This document shows positions 38,954-54,108 of a stretch of 64,000 nt of DNA, piece after piece (within the stretch, counting starts at the first letter, position 1; each line of letters begins with the position of its first letter). The stretch comes from the human T2T-CHM13v2.0 reference genome, Homo sapiens. Where the stretch lies: the NCBI RefSeq assembly GCF_009914755.1, contig NC_060926.1. One strand, written 5' to 3'. Under the pieces are notes generated by a model. It saw only the letters and a list, made by a program, of their open reading frames with translations, did not search any database and had not been told where the DNA came from. Made by a program: the position numbers and the translations under genes.

Positions 38954-41244
38954 AATTTTGTTCTTAATGCCAATCCATATTTTAATTACTCAGTATATTG
39001 TTCAAAACTAGTTGTCACCTGATCTCTGCTACTAAGGTGTAAGAATATTCAGTAGCAAATACATCAGAATTTTCAAGCTTATATTTTTAATCTATTGAAA
39101 GTGAGATGAAGGAAGAAAGACTGGAAACTAAGGTGTTACACATTGATAAGTTGTCATATATTTGAGTGTCCCTTTTGGTTAATGTATGTGGTCATAAAGA
39201 TATTATTCCTTGGTATTTTTTAAATTAGCTTTCAGAAATGTGTTTATGAGGGTTTTTTGTTTCGCTTTGTATTTACTTGTTTGTTTTTGGAGAAACAGAC
39301 AAACAAAAAATTCCTTCCTTACATAAATTTAGAAAGAGCTGAGAGGTTCCTAAGATGGCTACATGTGTAAAGTGCACAATAATATCAGTACCAACCCTGT
39401 AAGGAGAAGGAAGTTTAATGAATCAAGAGAGTGTCATGAAAATATTTTCTTTTTCTTAGACATGCACTGGATTTTACACTTTCATGGATGAGGTAGCTCA
39501 TGGTTATGATGGATGTTTTTTTCCCAATTATTCTCTCCATGTTTTGTCTCTTGTTTTGAATAAGAAATCTAGCAAAAGATTCACGTGGAGAAGAATTGCA
39601 TGATTACAGTTTTCTTGGCTGATTGAGAATGGTAAGGTAGCAAATTAACAGCTTTTGTCTGTTTCATTACAGTAAACATTTTAAAGCAGGGCTATCACTT
39701 ATGAGTGTACTAGTTTTTCCTTTCACAAGAGTGTGCAAGCAAGTGGATGAGTGACAATTAAAATCCAGTCCATGTTGTGCTTGCAAAGACAGGCATCTTG
39801 GTGAATAATTCCAACTGAGCAATGCATACTTTTTTCTTTAATTCGCACAGTCTGTCAGTGGCCCTGTCTAAGGCTCGGAGCTATGCTTTAACATATTTTT
39901 CAGGTTTTAAAAAATAGTTCCAATTTAGTATATACATCCCCAGAAGACAACTCTAAAAAAAAAAGATTCAAAAGATAAGTTTAGATTTTTTAGTGTCTGA
40001 TTAGTTTCATCATGTTTAGATTCAATTAAGCTATTTACAATTACATTTTTGCATGGCACAGATTTTTAACTTTGTATAAAATTTGTGATTCTTTAAATCC
40101 TGTTTTCAGTTTTACATTGTTTATTTATACTTAGTAATTAATAAGTTGTTGGTAATCATGTTTAATTTGGGTCAAAAATTACACAGAAAACCATGAACAG
40201 CTGCACTCTCTTTTTATAATGTCCATGTAATTCAAAATTCAAATCTATGCTAAGATAACATCACAAATCTATAAAATATCATAAACTCTAAAAATTATTT
40301 TCTTTGCTTGAGAAACCTAATAAGTTCAAGTCTTAGAAATTAGAATATAAATGTAAACATTTTGTTTATAACACTGCAAAGGAGAAAAAATATTGCAAAA
40401 TATTACAAAATTAAAAACATTTTGTGTGAATTTGTGCTTTGGCTGATTAACAAGACTGTTTCTATTCAAGTTTAGAATTATAGGTTTTTTACAGGGTATA
40501 TTTTAACGATTTTATCTTCTGGAGCTTGCAGTTAGTTGAAGCAAACACATTAAGTAGCACAAATTTTCTTTTCTCCTGTTGACTATGCCTTCTTGACTCT
40601 GGAATTTGGAATATCAGCCTTATATCCCAACAATTCACATACAGTAAGCAAAGATATTGCCACATCATTTTTTGTACATTGGAGAAAATGTTAGAATTTT
40701 CACAGACATTGTGAACGAAGAGAGTGTAGCTGTGCACACTATTTTCCATGTAATTTTTGACCCAAATTAAAACATGATTACCTAACAATTTATTAATTAC
40801 TAATTATAAATAAACAATGCACAAATGAAAGCAGGATTTAAAAATCACAAATACTATAGAAAGTTAAAAATCTGTATCATGTTAAAATTTAATTCAAAAT
40901 AGACTAACTGAATTTAAACATAATGATACCAATCCAACGCTAAAAATCTAAACTGATCTTTTGAATCTTTTTTTCAGAGTCAAGTCTTCTGGGGATATTT
41001 ACATTAAACAGGAACTATTTTCCACAAATATGCCTTCTTAATTCCAAAAGTGCTTTGCTTCATAGTTGTCAAAATTTATTGCACATTATTTCTTATGGCA
41101 CAAGAGTATTGTTTAAGTTAATTATTCAGCTGACTTTATACAAGGAAACCTGGAGCAAGGAAAGCTCAAATACATTCCTGGCTGTTAGTGGAAATGAAAA
41201 TTTGGGAGAACTTTTTTTTCCTTGGCATTCTCTTGTCTCAATGT

Positions 41245-41373
41245 CTGTTCTTTCTTTCTCTTCCTTTCCTTCCTTCCTTCCTTCCTTCCTTTCCTTTGTT
41301 TCCTTCCTTTCTTTCTTCTTTCTTTTCTCTCTGTCTCTCTCCTCCCTCTGTCTCTCTCTCTCTCTCCCTCTCT
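41245..41373. repeat. Polypyrimidine low-complexity tract, (CCTT)n/(CT)n
   Basis: Read directly from the sequence. Confidence 0.95.
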
Positions 41374-41744
41374 GCCAGCCCTCACGACCAGGCGATTCAT
41401 CATCTAAGAAGTTACTAGTCCTCCAAATGTTCCCATCCAGCACTGCTAATGTCATGCTGCCCTTCACAGATAGAAGTCTGCTTGACAATTGTCTGTAAGA
41501 CCTAAGATAGCTATTTGCTAAACTGATAAACTAATTTCCACTAGTGTCTATCAAAAAAAGCCCATGATAACAACATGCACTTTAATATTTCTTTATATAA
41601 ACAATACTCTGTATTTCTTTCATTAATTAATTACTCTAATGTTGGGTTTTTCATGTGTAGGGGAGAAATTTTTTTAGCTTCTAGGATCAGATAGCATAGT
41701 TGACCAATTACAAAACGATAGAGTTGATCTTAGAAGTAAATCAC

Positions 41745-41900
41745 TCATCTGGAGTCAAAAAGACTCAGCTCCTGGTCCTAGCTCTAACACTATATGACTG
41801 TGAGATCTTGGCAAGACACTGAACCTCACTGATTCTCAATATCCTCATTTCTAAACTACTGAGAAACTTGGATGTGGTGATTTTTCAAAACTTTTTTTCT
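41745..41900 (+). mobile_element. MIR/MIR3
   Basis: 'ctggagtcaaaaagactcagctcctggtcctagctctaacact...tgtgagatcttggcaagacactgaacctcactga'. Confidence 0.8.
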
Positions 41901-42859
41901 GTAGCAATTAAGATGTGTTTTTTTTTTTTTAGTCCATAAAAGTATTAATCCATCTCCATAAAAGAGGGATTGAATATGTGCTGTATAGTCATTTCATTCC
42001 AATCAGCTCAATTCAAGGACCAAAAGGTCATATGTTCAAATTCTATTATTTAGGCAATCAGAGTATTACAAAATGCATATTAAAAGAAAACAAATATGCT
42101 CAGAAACGCTTAAATAGCTTTCAAAACTGCATGGCTAGTGAATTTGAATGGTGAAAAAACTTGAGGTTTCTGATTTCTAATTCAACCAAGGTTAAAGTGA
42201 AAAAGTTATATTCTGAGGCAGATTTCCAGAGATGATTGCTGAGTCTCCACAAGAGTTAGCACATGTGCCTGCTTAATGATTTGTTAATGCCAAATCCACT
42301 ATAAAGAAAACGTAGCAGTGCTGGCTATAATGTAAGCAGTTGGCTATTGTGCTTGTGAAGTGCATTGTGACTGCTCTTACCAGCATGTCCTGGCACTCTG
42401 ACTTTTTTTTTTAATAGATTCAGTATTTGCCTGCATTAATTACAAAGGATTTTATGCCCACGGAAAATTCTTTATACAATTGTTGAGGCCAAAATTGGGG
42501 TTCAGGAGGGGAGATTTCAGGTAAATAGTTGAGGAAAATGAACTTCATGGAGGAATGAACAGTAGTTAGAAATCCAAATTGAGCCTAATCACTTCACAGT
42601 GGAAATGGATAACAGCACTACAAAATCTTTCTCCATATCTATCCAAATGGAAAACTGCTTCTTTACTAACTCTATGAAAACCTGTGAAAGTCAGAGATTC
42701 CACACAAGGGTCAAGAAAATGGAGGCAATACTTTTTTGTGTCAGTAGATGGGACCTGGACGCACCTGGTTTAATTAATCATATTTCTCATACACTGTGCA
42801 TGATTTTCATTGTCTTAGACAAGGATTTTGTCCTGTATACTTAACATATTGATACAATT

Positions 42860-43960
<1,101 letters not shown>

Positions 43961-46900
43961 TTCACTAGTGCTATTTTCCCCATTACCCTAATATATCTAT
44001 TAATACATGAAGGCTACACTGTTAGAAAGAAGTGGGATAATTTATATTTCCACAACATGTCTCATGGAAGGAATTGAGAGAGACGCTGACTTTTTTGTTA
44101 CAGGTCCTAAGTTTGTAAAACGTATCAGATATCTGAAGTAGCCTACATAAAATCTCTCCTGCCTACTAAAGAGAGTAATTGGAAATGCTTACTTCTTGGA
44201 TATAATTAAATTCATCAAGTTGTTGCTGATTACTTTTGAAGTTCTTTCATACTCCTACATTTTTGTACATTAGCTTTATCATTTTGCCTGCATTATTAAA
44301 TCAGAATCCAATGTTGAATGTGATATTGAATAGAAATCTACTTTTACATTTCTCTAAATAGTTAACTAGTTTCGGTGACACCACCCATTAACCAATCCAT
44401 TATTTCTCATTGATTTGTCTTGTCCCCTCTAATATATATAAAGCTATGGAAGTGAGCTTTTTATTTCGTCTGAACTTTTTTTTCCTCCTGTTGGCCTTCT
44501 ACATGTTTGTACTCCCAGAACCTGATAGGGCATCCTGCGAGTATGTATGCAATTTGCTAATAAAATTCAAAGAATGCAGGGTATTTGAACAAAAGCACCT
44601 CTGTGTAGTTTTGTGCTACAAACTGAGGGAATCTGATTCGGTCTTTGCACCTCCTAAACATTGGCATTATTCATCTAAACTTAAAATTACTTGTTGTCAG
44701 AAGATATCTTACTCACTAGACACCTTCTTAACAAAGCCTCTGCTAGATGGAAATTACTCAGGCAACTTCAGTTCTAAGTTGTTTTTACAGTCATGTATAA
44801 GGAAAATAAATATGTTGAATTATCCAAGAGAACAACAGAAAGAGAAAGTGATTTATTTTGTTCCAAAAAAAAATAAAGTGTGTTGAAGATCATCTCAGTG
44901 TCAAAGGGATTAAGAGGACAAATAACAGGGGGAGAAGATTATCTCATTCTCCTTTCCAACTGGGCTGGGTTCACCTTACCAGCCCAGCATCAGTGGCAGC
45001 AGGACAGGTTTTATAGGCTGTTTCTCTTCACTATTTATAGAGGTGTGGTGCCTGGAGCATTTCATGATCATTTTTATTTGCACCAGTCAACCCTCATTAG
45101 CCTACTTTCCTAGGACAATAGAATTATAAAATCACTATGTCAGTCTGCCCTATCCTTTCCCACTAATAACTTCTGATCCCAGAGGCTAATTTCAACCAGA
45201 CCTGGCAGAGTGGCAAAGGGCTTATCATTTCTGTAAAAACAAAGGCTCTCACAGGAAACTATGGCAGCCCTCATACCCCGACCCACCCATACACCTAATA
45301 CCAAGATAGGCTGAGCTAAAAGCCTAAAGTGTGCAAATCAATTGGATAGAAATTTGCTGAGTGAACTTGAAAATAACCTAATTTCAGAAAAGGGTGTTCA
45401 ATTGAAATAGTCAAAAGTATATTTAACAAAACCCAGGTCTGAGAGCCTGCTCACATAATCCAGCAAAATTATTTTTTATTACTTAATTAATAAATATAAA
45501 AATCTTTTAAAGCCCACCTCAGTTTTCTCATTAACCAGAATCATATATTGCAAGTTTTAAAAAATTATTATTACAATGTAAAAAAGAAGGAATATATGAA
45601 AATTATAATTAATTTATTGCTTTTTTAACTGTTTTTGAAACTACTAACTTTGAAACTTGACTGTGAATATTAATTCCCCTAACTACTTTTTCATATGTCC
45701 TAACTCCCTTTTCTACTGTATTTTCCTAAAATATTTATTTTTTTGTGATCATGAGTCTATAATGAGTCTTTTAAACAAACTTTTATAATATTTTCTTGTT
45801 TTTCTGATATTTATGGTGATGAGCAACCCTCAATTAACCCTGGATTTTTTTGTACTTCTAAATATCTGATATTTCTGTGTCTTATGTTGTTTTGCTGAGC
45901 TATTTTTAAATTATATTTTCATACCCAATAGTCATGTATCATCAACCAATAATTTTCCATATAAAGCAATGATATTTTAGCTATACTTATTGTCTCTTAA
46001 ACAAAAACACTAATTTTAAGAACCTGTGTTTGTAAGAACAGTGTTGTCTTTCTTATTTGGTTTATATTTGACTTCATAAATATACTTGATCTTAATTATA
46101 CTTTCTGTTTACATAACATAAGGCTTTGACTGAATGAGGGTCATTGGGAACCATCTCTCCATTTCTCTAATGCATATATAAAAATATTATGAAGACTGAT
46201 ACATTATTAGGAAGAATTTGGGCTAACCTACATATGATACATATGGGGAGCAAGAGCTTCTTTGGGGAAAATTGATGGAAATGCTGACCTGTGGTGTGAG
46301 AGTTTCAAAGTTATTAAAATAGTCAGATGGCTGAAACAGCCTCTATCAGGGCTGTTGCCAAGAAAAGGTCACAGAACTGATAAAATAGAATTCACCAAGA
46401 GAGCAGGAGAGAGGACTTTTCCACTGTGGACTGGGGTGCAAATGGAATTGTAGTTCTGAGACTGCAGTATCTCTGAGATCCAAAGTTTTTCTGACCTAAG
46501 CTTCCTGATATTCCAGGCATATGCCTTTTGGGAATGTCTGTGTTGTAATACTGAAATTAATTTTATAAATAAGTATACTGAGAGAAATATCATTTCTTGC
46601 TCATAAAAAGCCACTGTGGTCTCCATTAAGGTTTCAGTGTCAGGAGTGATGGCAGCATCAGAATGAGAGGCATAGCCTGAACCATAGAGGTTTTATCTTC
46701 AGGATTCCACCAGGTAGTATCACTGTGTTATGCTACCACCAGCAGCAAGGGGAAAGGAGCATGTCTTAGAAAGGGTCAGAATTTGTAGTTAGTTTTCATT
46801 TTGGTTTTATAACAGTAGATTTTCTCTGCCAGTGGCAATAATAGTAAAGTTCCAACTTGAAAAACAATGAGCAGCCGGGGGAGAGGTAATAGGATTCTTC

Positions 46901-46974
46901 AACTTTCATTGGCTAGGCAAGAATAACTAAGAATGCTCTTTGGATATACGTAGGCATTATTTAGATTTGTTTTT

Positions 46975-47053
46975 TCTCCTCTCTCCCTCCCTCCTTCCCT
47001 TCCTTCCTTCCTTCCTTCCCTCCTTCCTTCCTTCCATCCATCCCCATCCTTCC
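46975..47053. repeat. (CCTT)n/(CCCT)n simple repeat
   Basis: Read directly from the sequence. Confidence 0.92.
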
Positions 47054-47767
47054 TATTGGCATTTTCTTTACCATAAAAAAATCCCCACAGAGATTGTTTA
47101 AATTAGCTTGCAATATTTTCACAGTTTTTGAATTGTTTTCTATATTTATTTTGATTCTTCAACTATATAACATTCTTCGTCTTTAAAAGTTTAAATAATG
47201 AATTAACATTTTACCAATGCTTTATCAACAAACTTGTTTTAGTCAGTGTTATGTTTTTCTCACATTATACAAAGTTGTTATAATGTATATATTTTTTGTT
47301 CATTTTAATTGCCAAATACATGATTTTAGAAAATGATCTTTTTTGGCCAACTTTACTACTTAGTTACAATTAAGTGATTATATTTTCTTTTTACTAAAAT
47401 ATAGGAGTGGAATTGCTTTGCAAAGGGTATGTGAATCTTTACATTTCAAAGTGTTGTTAAATTGTTTTTTTAAGTGACCTTAATAATTTAGAATTTTTTT
47501 TAGTGTTATTAGACTTTAGATATCCTCGTCTTTTAGTACAGAGAGCTAGCCATCTTTTCCAGTGTTCATTGAACTTTCAGTTTCCTCTTCCAGGTTATCT
47601 GTTTATATTCTTTGCTTTCTTTTTAAAATCAAATTTTGACTTTAAAAATTTATTTGTTATGTGTAAAATATATATTATATATCATATATTACACAGTGAT
47701 ATATGATATATAATCATATAATGTATATCTTAGTATGTATTATATATATATGTTTATGACTGTGCAT

Positions 47768-48170
47768 GTGTGATATTCAAATGGCCCCTAAAATGATCCA
47801 TATCTCTCAATAGGCACACTTTTTTGTATTCTTTTTCTATATTGAGTAATTAAATTAAGGCTACTTTTCTGAAACCAGTAATGATGTTTTGTAAATTTTA
47901 AGAGTTTGTCATAAAAGGTTTTCAATATCCATCTTAGTCTCTTAGAACATGCCTCTTGGATTTCTGAGCTACTGTGCTGAAAGCAGCATGCAGTGAGGTG
48001 ACAGGGAGAGGGCCCGAAATTACACCAGAAAGATGCTCAGGGAACATTGAGCAGAAATGTCATCTCTGCCAAGTATTATCCAAAGTACAAGTCAGTGAGA
48101 AAAATGAGTGATTTTTGTTGCTTTATCTTGCTTTGGTTTGGTTTATTGAATAGCAATATATAAGTAAAAC
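47768..48170 (+). mobile_element. Old MLT1 LTR inserted in the L1M
   Basis: Start 'aaatggcccctaaaatgatcc'; end 'gtgagaaaaatgagtgatttttgttgcttt...agcaatatataagtaaaac'. Confidence 0.6.
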
Positions 48171-48196
48171 TATGCATGTCTATGTATCTGTGTACA

Positions 48197-48262
48197 TCTA
48201 TCTATCTATCTATCATCTATCTATCTATCTATCTATCTATGTACCTATCTATCTATCATCTA
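48197..48262. repeat. Interrupted (TATC)n tetranucleotide STR
   Basis: Read directly from the sequence. Confidence 0.92.
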
Positions 48263-49189
48263 TGTAGCTAACTAGCTATATAAATACATAAACACATCCA
48301 TGTTCTGGATGTTAAACTTTTATTATTTATGTAGAATGCAAATTTGCTCTACTATGTTATGTCAGTTTTTTTTTCAGTCTTTTATGGTTTTTTCAAGCCT
48401 CATGTAATGTTTTCATTTCAGAAAAAAATTGTTATTCTTTTCCTTTGTGGCTTTTGCTTTTTTCTCTGTGTTTTTAAATAAATTCTTTCCTACTCAAATG
48501 TAACAGAAATATTTGCCTTGTTTAAGTTTGGTGGGTGTTTTTCCTTTAGTCATTAATCCATCTGTGAATCATTTTTGTGTATCATGTGATGTAGGGATGT
48601 AATTTATTTTTATTTATGTTGATAGTAAATTTTCCCAGTATTAATCCATATTCTTCCATGATTTGTAAGGTCACCTTTTGTGTTGTTATTTACATTACAT
48701 ATCAGATTGTTTTGGGCTGTTAATTTTATTTTATTGGTTGCCAAAACCACACTGTCGTAAATGTCATTAGTGTTCTATTAACAAAATCCTTACATTCTTT
48801 TATATCTAGTAGTTATTTTTCTTAGTTTTTAGTTCTATTAGTTATCTTCTTAATTGTTTCCTTTCATAACATGAAATTGACAGACAAGATCTGTGAAAAA
48901 TTGTTAGGATTATTTTCTTAGAATTCCATTAAAATTATGCATTGATAATGGAAATGAATCACGTACAATGCTATGTTTTCCAATTTATGAAGATTCTTTG
49001 TTTATATGGATCTTCACAAGTGGATATGTGAAGATATCAAGGGTGGGGAGGACTTTATTTTATTTTATTGCAGTGGAGGGTTGGCTGATAAACCTGCATG
49101 ATCATCATAGAAGACATACCAGCACCAGGTGGAAGGCTGGACTACAAAAGCCCCAAAGTCCTTACAAATTTTAAAGTGCTAGGTAGTAA

Positions 49190-49380
49190 AACAAGTTATA
49201 CAGGCTCATTTCGAATGCCATTTCTGACCCTTTCTAACTCTGAAACTTTGGAAAATTGTTGATCTTTCCCAACTCTTTTTATTATATGTAAATTAGAGCT
49301 GATTATATAGACTTCAAAGCGTGGTTGGAAGCACCCAACACAGCGTGCCTGTTCCTCAGACACTCAGTGTATTTAGCTCC
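49190..49380 (+). mobile_element. MIR
   Basis: 'ttctaactctgaaactttggaaaattgttgatctttccc...gcacccaacacagcgtgcctg...cactcagtgtatttagct'. Confidence 0.55.
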
Positions 49381-49514
49381 CTTTTCCATCTCTGTAATAA
49401 TTAGCAATGTTCTCGGAGACAAAATCCTTACTATGAGCTTCAAGACTTCCCAATGTCCTTAGAGAACAGGGTGCTTTTTAAAAGTATTAATGATCATAAT
49501 GATTTGATGAGAAC

Positions 49515-49710
49515 CTTAGATTAACATGATTAACCATCAGAATCACCTCCCACATTTTACAATAAAATACATATGGTTTCTGAATTCTGAAGACTAGATT
49601 AATTCAAATTACTTCACAGGTCTGCTTTTTGGGGGTTGAGGGACTGTATTTCTAAGAAGTCCACGTCAAATCGATCTTGTACAGCTCTTGCTAGTAGCTT
49701 CGGTTTTGTA
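49515..49710. mobile_element. MER5-like hAT DNA transposon relic
   Basis: 'catcagaatcacct' and 'ctgtatttctaagaagtcc'. Confidence 0.5.
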
Positions 49711-51169
49711 AACTGTATGGGTTCAAAGTATGAGCTAAGGTAAAATTTCAGGAGAGAATTTTCATCTTTCTATATTCAGAATAAGTTTCTATTAATATAT
49801 TTGCAAAATGAAACAACTTTATAATGAGAATAATGAGTATTAAGAAACTACTCTTTCAAATTATGTACAGTTTGTGATTATGCAGTCAATGCATCATATA
49901 TATTCAAGGTGGAAAAGACATTATAGATTATTTAGCTCAATTCTATGATGCTAAAGTTACATAACATTTGGAGCAGAACCTGGACGGCCAAACTGTATGA
50001 TTTCTAGTACAGTAATCTACCTACTGTATTTGGACTCCTCCCTAGAATAAAAAAAGTGTTATGGTGGGAAATATATCTTCAAAACAATTTTATAAATGTA
50101 AGATTAAAAATTAAGACACTAAGTTGTCCATCTAACAATAAAATTCCCATAATTTAGCTATATAAGTCCCAGGGCCTTCTAAATATTTTATCTATATTCT
50201 GAAATGACCTTTGCAAATGTCATAAGGTCAGTGTGATCTATCTTCAGTGTATTAAGCTTGTCACCATTGCCAGAGCTATTTTCTTCACCCCTTTTCTCAT
50301 ATTCTTTACCCACATTTATGTATTTAAGGAAAAATGAAACAGTATTATATTTACACAAAAATTTAAAACATATTTTTCAACCATTACCTAAAATTCAGGT
50401 TATTTTATTACACCATATATGTATTAATAAACTGATTCTTACTGGCCCACAAAATCCTAAATAAGATGGTATACCTTTTTGAAATAATTTCTTTTTCATT
50501 CTTAAGCCCTCTCCTCTTCCTAACTCTATTTCCTGCTAACCAGTTTATTTTTTCCTGCTAAAAGTTGTATTCTGTCTATCCTAAAATTCATTATTTCTCT
50601 CTGTTCAGAGACAGAAAAATATATACGCAAGAATGACATAAGTCCTGATTATAGTTATGTGGGATTTACAGGAAAAACAAATCAAACTTGGCTTTTACAC
50701 AGATGAGCTCACACTCTTCCATTTTTCCCATTGGAAACCAAAAGAAAAACTCAGGGAAGAAATCCAAATCCAAATCTTTATCCCAATGCCAATAATTGTA
50801 TTCCAACTTTTCTATCTCTACGAACATGTCTTTCTCCAAACTTCTCACCCTTGCTTTCTACTCAGAAAACAAAAGTACACAGAACAAGAAACTCAAGAAG
50901 AAATAATAAATCTAGATAGTTCAAGCCTTTGACAAATGTCTACCAGAATATTAAATTTTATTTTAAGTTTACAAGTCTCATTACAAGCCTTTTTTAGCGT
51001 AAATAAAATAGAGTAGGAGTCACACAACTTCATGATGTAAAAACTGTATATAAACCGTGCAAAAATCTCCCAAGGACTTTTCGTTAAACCTAGAATGGAA
51101 CCAACCTCTGCACTAGGAAGTGCAAAGCCCTCTAGGTTGTAAGTGGACATTTTTTTGTAATCTTTCCAT

Positions 51170-51565
51170 TAATTCTCCCACTTCTGGAACAAAGGCCCCT
51201 TTTATTTGAACATATTTTGCATGGTTCCTGCCTCAAGGCCACTTGCTACCACTTCTGTGTAGAACATAGCAACCCTAGATCTTTACAAGACTGGCTCCCA
51301 CATTGCAACGCCTAAAATGTCCTCCTTATCTAAAAATTTTCACCATTGCAGACACTGTCACGTGATTCCTCTTATTTTCTTTATATTATTTATCATCATC
51401 TGAAAGAATATATTCAATTTTTACTTGCTGTTTTCTATTTAACTCAATGGAATTTAAGTGCCATGAGAGCAGGACGCTTATTGGTTTAGTCTCTTTAGAC
51501 ACAATATCTAGGTGAGTTCTGGCATTGTATAGAGTCTTTATAAGTGTTTCTGAATACATGATTTA
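51170..51565 (+). mobile_element. L2 3' end
   Basis: 'tcctgcctcaaggccacttgc', 'aatttaagtgccatgagagcagg', 'ctggcattgtatagagtctttataagtgtttctgaat'. Confidence 0.75.
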
Positions 51566-52701
51566 ATAAACACACATTTTTATTATAAATGTAGTATTTT
51601 TAAATACATTATTGTTAAATGAAATTAGTAAGTTAAATTTTTCATAATTAAGTTACCTACTTCTTCCTCATACAAAAGTTTACTTTATAAGATATTTACT
51701 TCATTTCTTCCGAAATTCCGTATTTATCCTACCAAAAATTTGGTGAAAATGAAAGAAGTTACATGATTACCTTGTTAATATGTTTTATTGAGTAGGATTA
51801 TAATTTAATTCTTATTTCCTTCTTTACAGTTTTCTGTTGTATATCTATTGATAAGATTTATGAAGAAGAATCCTGGTATTAAAACAATAAAAATATAACC
51901 CAGAGGAAAAGAGAAAAAGAAAAGCTAGAGAAAATAGAAATATGAAGTGATGATGATGAAGTTATTAAGAAAGTTCCTTCTACACATCTTAACTAATGGA
52001 TGTTCATTCCAACTCCTGGTATATTATTCAAAAGCTGCTTCCATGTTCAGTATTCACATTATCAAGTTAATGCTTTTCTAAGGCATCACTCAGAGGCCAG
52101 TGACTCCTATTGCTATCTTGATATGAAAAGATTAACCCTCCCTCTTCCCATTGGAAGGGGGCTTTTAAGGTATTAATCATTTAATTTGAAGAAATCCATA
52201 CTAATTTGCTTATAAGAGATGCTTAAAGCAAAACATTTTTTCCCCAGGATCCTTCCACTGAGGTGTACATTTTGAAAAGTGACATTCAGCAGCAGTGTAC
52301 TGCTTTGATTTATAAATAGATGAATGTCTCGAATGGTGGGAATATAGAAAGCAAGAATTGTTTATTCTTTCTTGCATCCTAGTTGGAGTGGGGTGTTGGA
52401 GTATACAGAGGCTTGTGAAGCTTTACAGTTTTCCTTTCAATGATCTACTATAGGCTGCTCATTTATTCATTTATCCAATATTTGCTATCATGAGTTTTCT
52501 CAGTCTTTCTATGTGCTGTGTAAAAAAGAGTATGAACTCACTAAACTATGAACAAAATCACTCTTGGCTTTAGGGAAAAAGCCCCTCAAATCTATAAATA
52601 GTGTTTAAAACACTTCTTGATTCTTTTTCCTCATTTGCCTTTGACTTTCCATTAGTCACAGATCAGTTGCTACTTGATTGTCTTAAATCTCCATAGCACA
52701 T

Positions 52702-53081
52702 TGATATTGTTTGGCTCTGTGTCCCCACCCAAATCACATCTTGAATTGTAATCTGAATTGCAATCGCCAGGTGTATAGGGAGGGTCCTGGTAGGAGGTAG
52801 TTGGATCACGGGAGCAGTTTTCCCTATGTTTTTCTCATGAATAGTGAGTAAGTCTCATGAGGTCTGATGGTTTTATAAAGAGCAATTTCCCCTGCGCTCA
52901 CACTTCTCTCTCTCCTGCCACCTTGTGAAGAAGTTGCCTGCTTCCCCCTTGCCTTTCACCATGATTGTAAGTTTCCTGAGGCCTCTCCAGCCATGCAGAA
53001 TTGAGTGAATTATACCTCTTTCCTTTATAAACTACCCAGTCTCAGGTATTCTTTATAGCAATGTGAGAATGGACTAGTACA
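52702..53081 (+). mobile_element. THE1D-like MaLR solo LTR
   Basis: 'tgatattgtttggctctgtgtccccacccaaatc ... ctttatagcaatgtgagaatggactagtaca'; degenerate TSD (cacat/catac). Confidence 0.9.
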
Positions 53082-53436
53082 CATACTTTCGAATGGGTGA
53101 ATCTAAGCAAGTAATATTGGCTCAATTATATCTGATTTTAGTAACAATATAAAGTTCTTTTTGGTTCTCAAAGAATGCTGACTATATTCTAAGTCCCCTT
53201 GTAGATCAACATCTTTGGTATGGTCTGATTTCTTGAAAACACTGGCAAACACAAAAATTGTACATATTACATACAACCTTATTTTGATGATATGACGGTA
53301 GGGCAATGGTAAGTTTATTAACATTTATAGTGTCAAGTACTGATTTAAAATTCTCTTTTATGATTAAGAGAGAAATTTTCTTATTCAATTATTTATAATA
53401 TATGCTGCATACAAATATATGATTATAGATTGGTTA

Positions 53437-53806
<370 letters not shown>

Positions 53807-53833
53807 TTATAAGAAGAGATTGTTTCACTGAAG

Positions 53834-53945
53834 TTTTTAATTGACAAATAATAATTGTACATACTCATGGAGTACATAGTGAAGTTTCAATACATATGTT
53901 ACAGCTATGAAATTGGAATAATTAGCATATCCATCATCTCAAACA

Positions 53946-53986
<41 letters not shown>

Positions 53987-54108
53987 TGGGAATTTTCAAT
54001 ATCCTCCTTCTAGCTAGTTAAAACTACATAATATATTATTGTTAACTATAGTCACCCCACAGTGGTATAGAACATTAGAACTTATTCCTTCTATCTAGCT
54101 GTAATTTT
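53834..54108 (-). mobile_element. L1MA 3'UTR fragment containing (TG)17
   Basis: 'ttttaattgacaaataataattgtacat...attagcatatccatcatctcaaacatt...attgttaactatagtcaccc...tagaacttattcct'; TG run at 53948-53982. Confidence 0.88.

Larger units (their letters stand above)
47250..49020 (-). mobile_element. Degraded L1M fragments
   Basis: 'ggagtggaattgctttgcaaagggtatgtgaatc', 'cattaatccatctgtgaatcatttttgtgtatcatgtgatgtaggg', 'gccaaaaccacactgtc'. Confidence 0.65.

Noticed and set aside
41055-41498. Multiple overlapping ORFs up to 147 aa
   Set aside because: They are open only because of the stop-free CT/GA low-complexity tract.
44410-44886. 158-aa ORF
   Set aside because: Non-ATG (TTG) start, no recognisable domain, composition typical of AT-rich non-coding DNA, and no clear splice structure.
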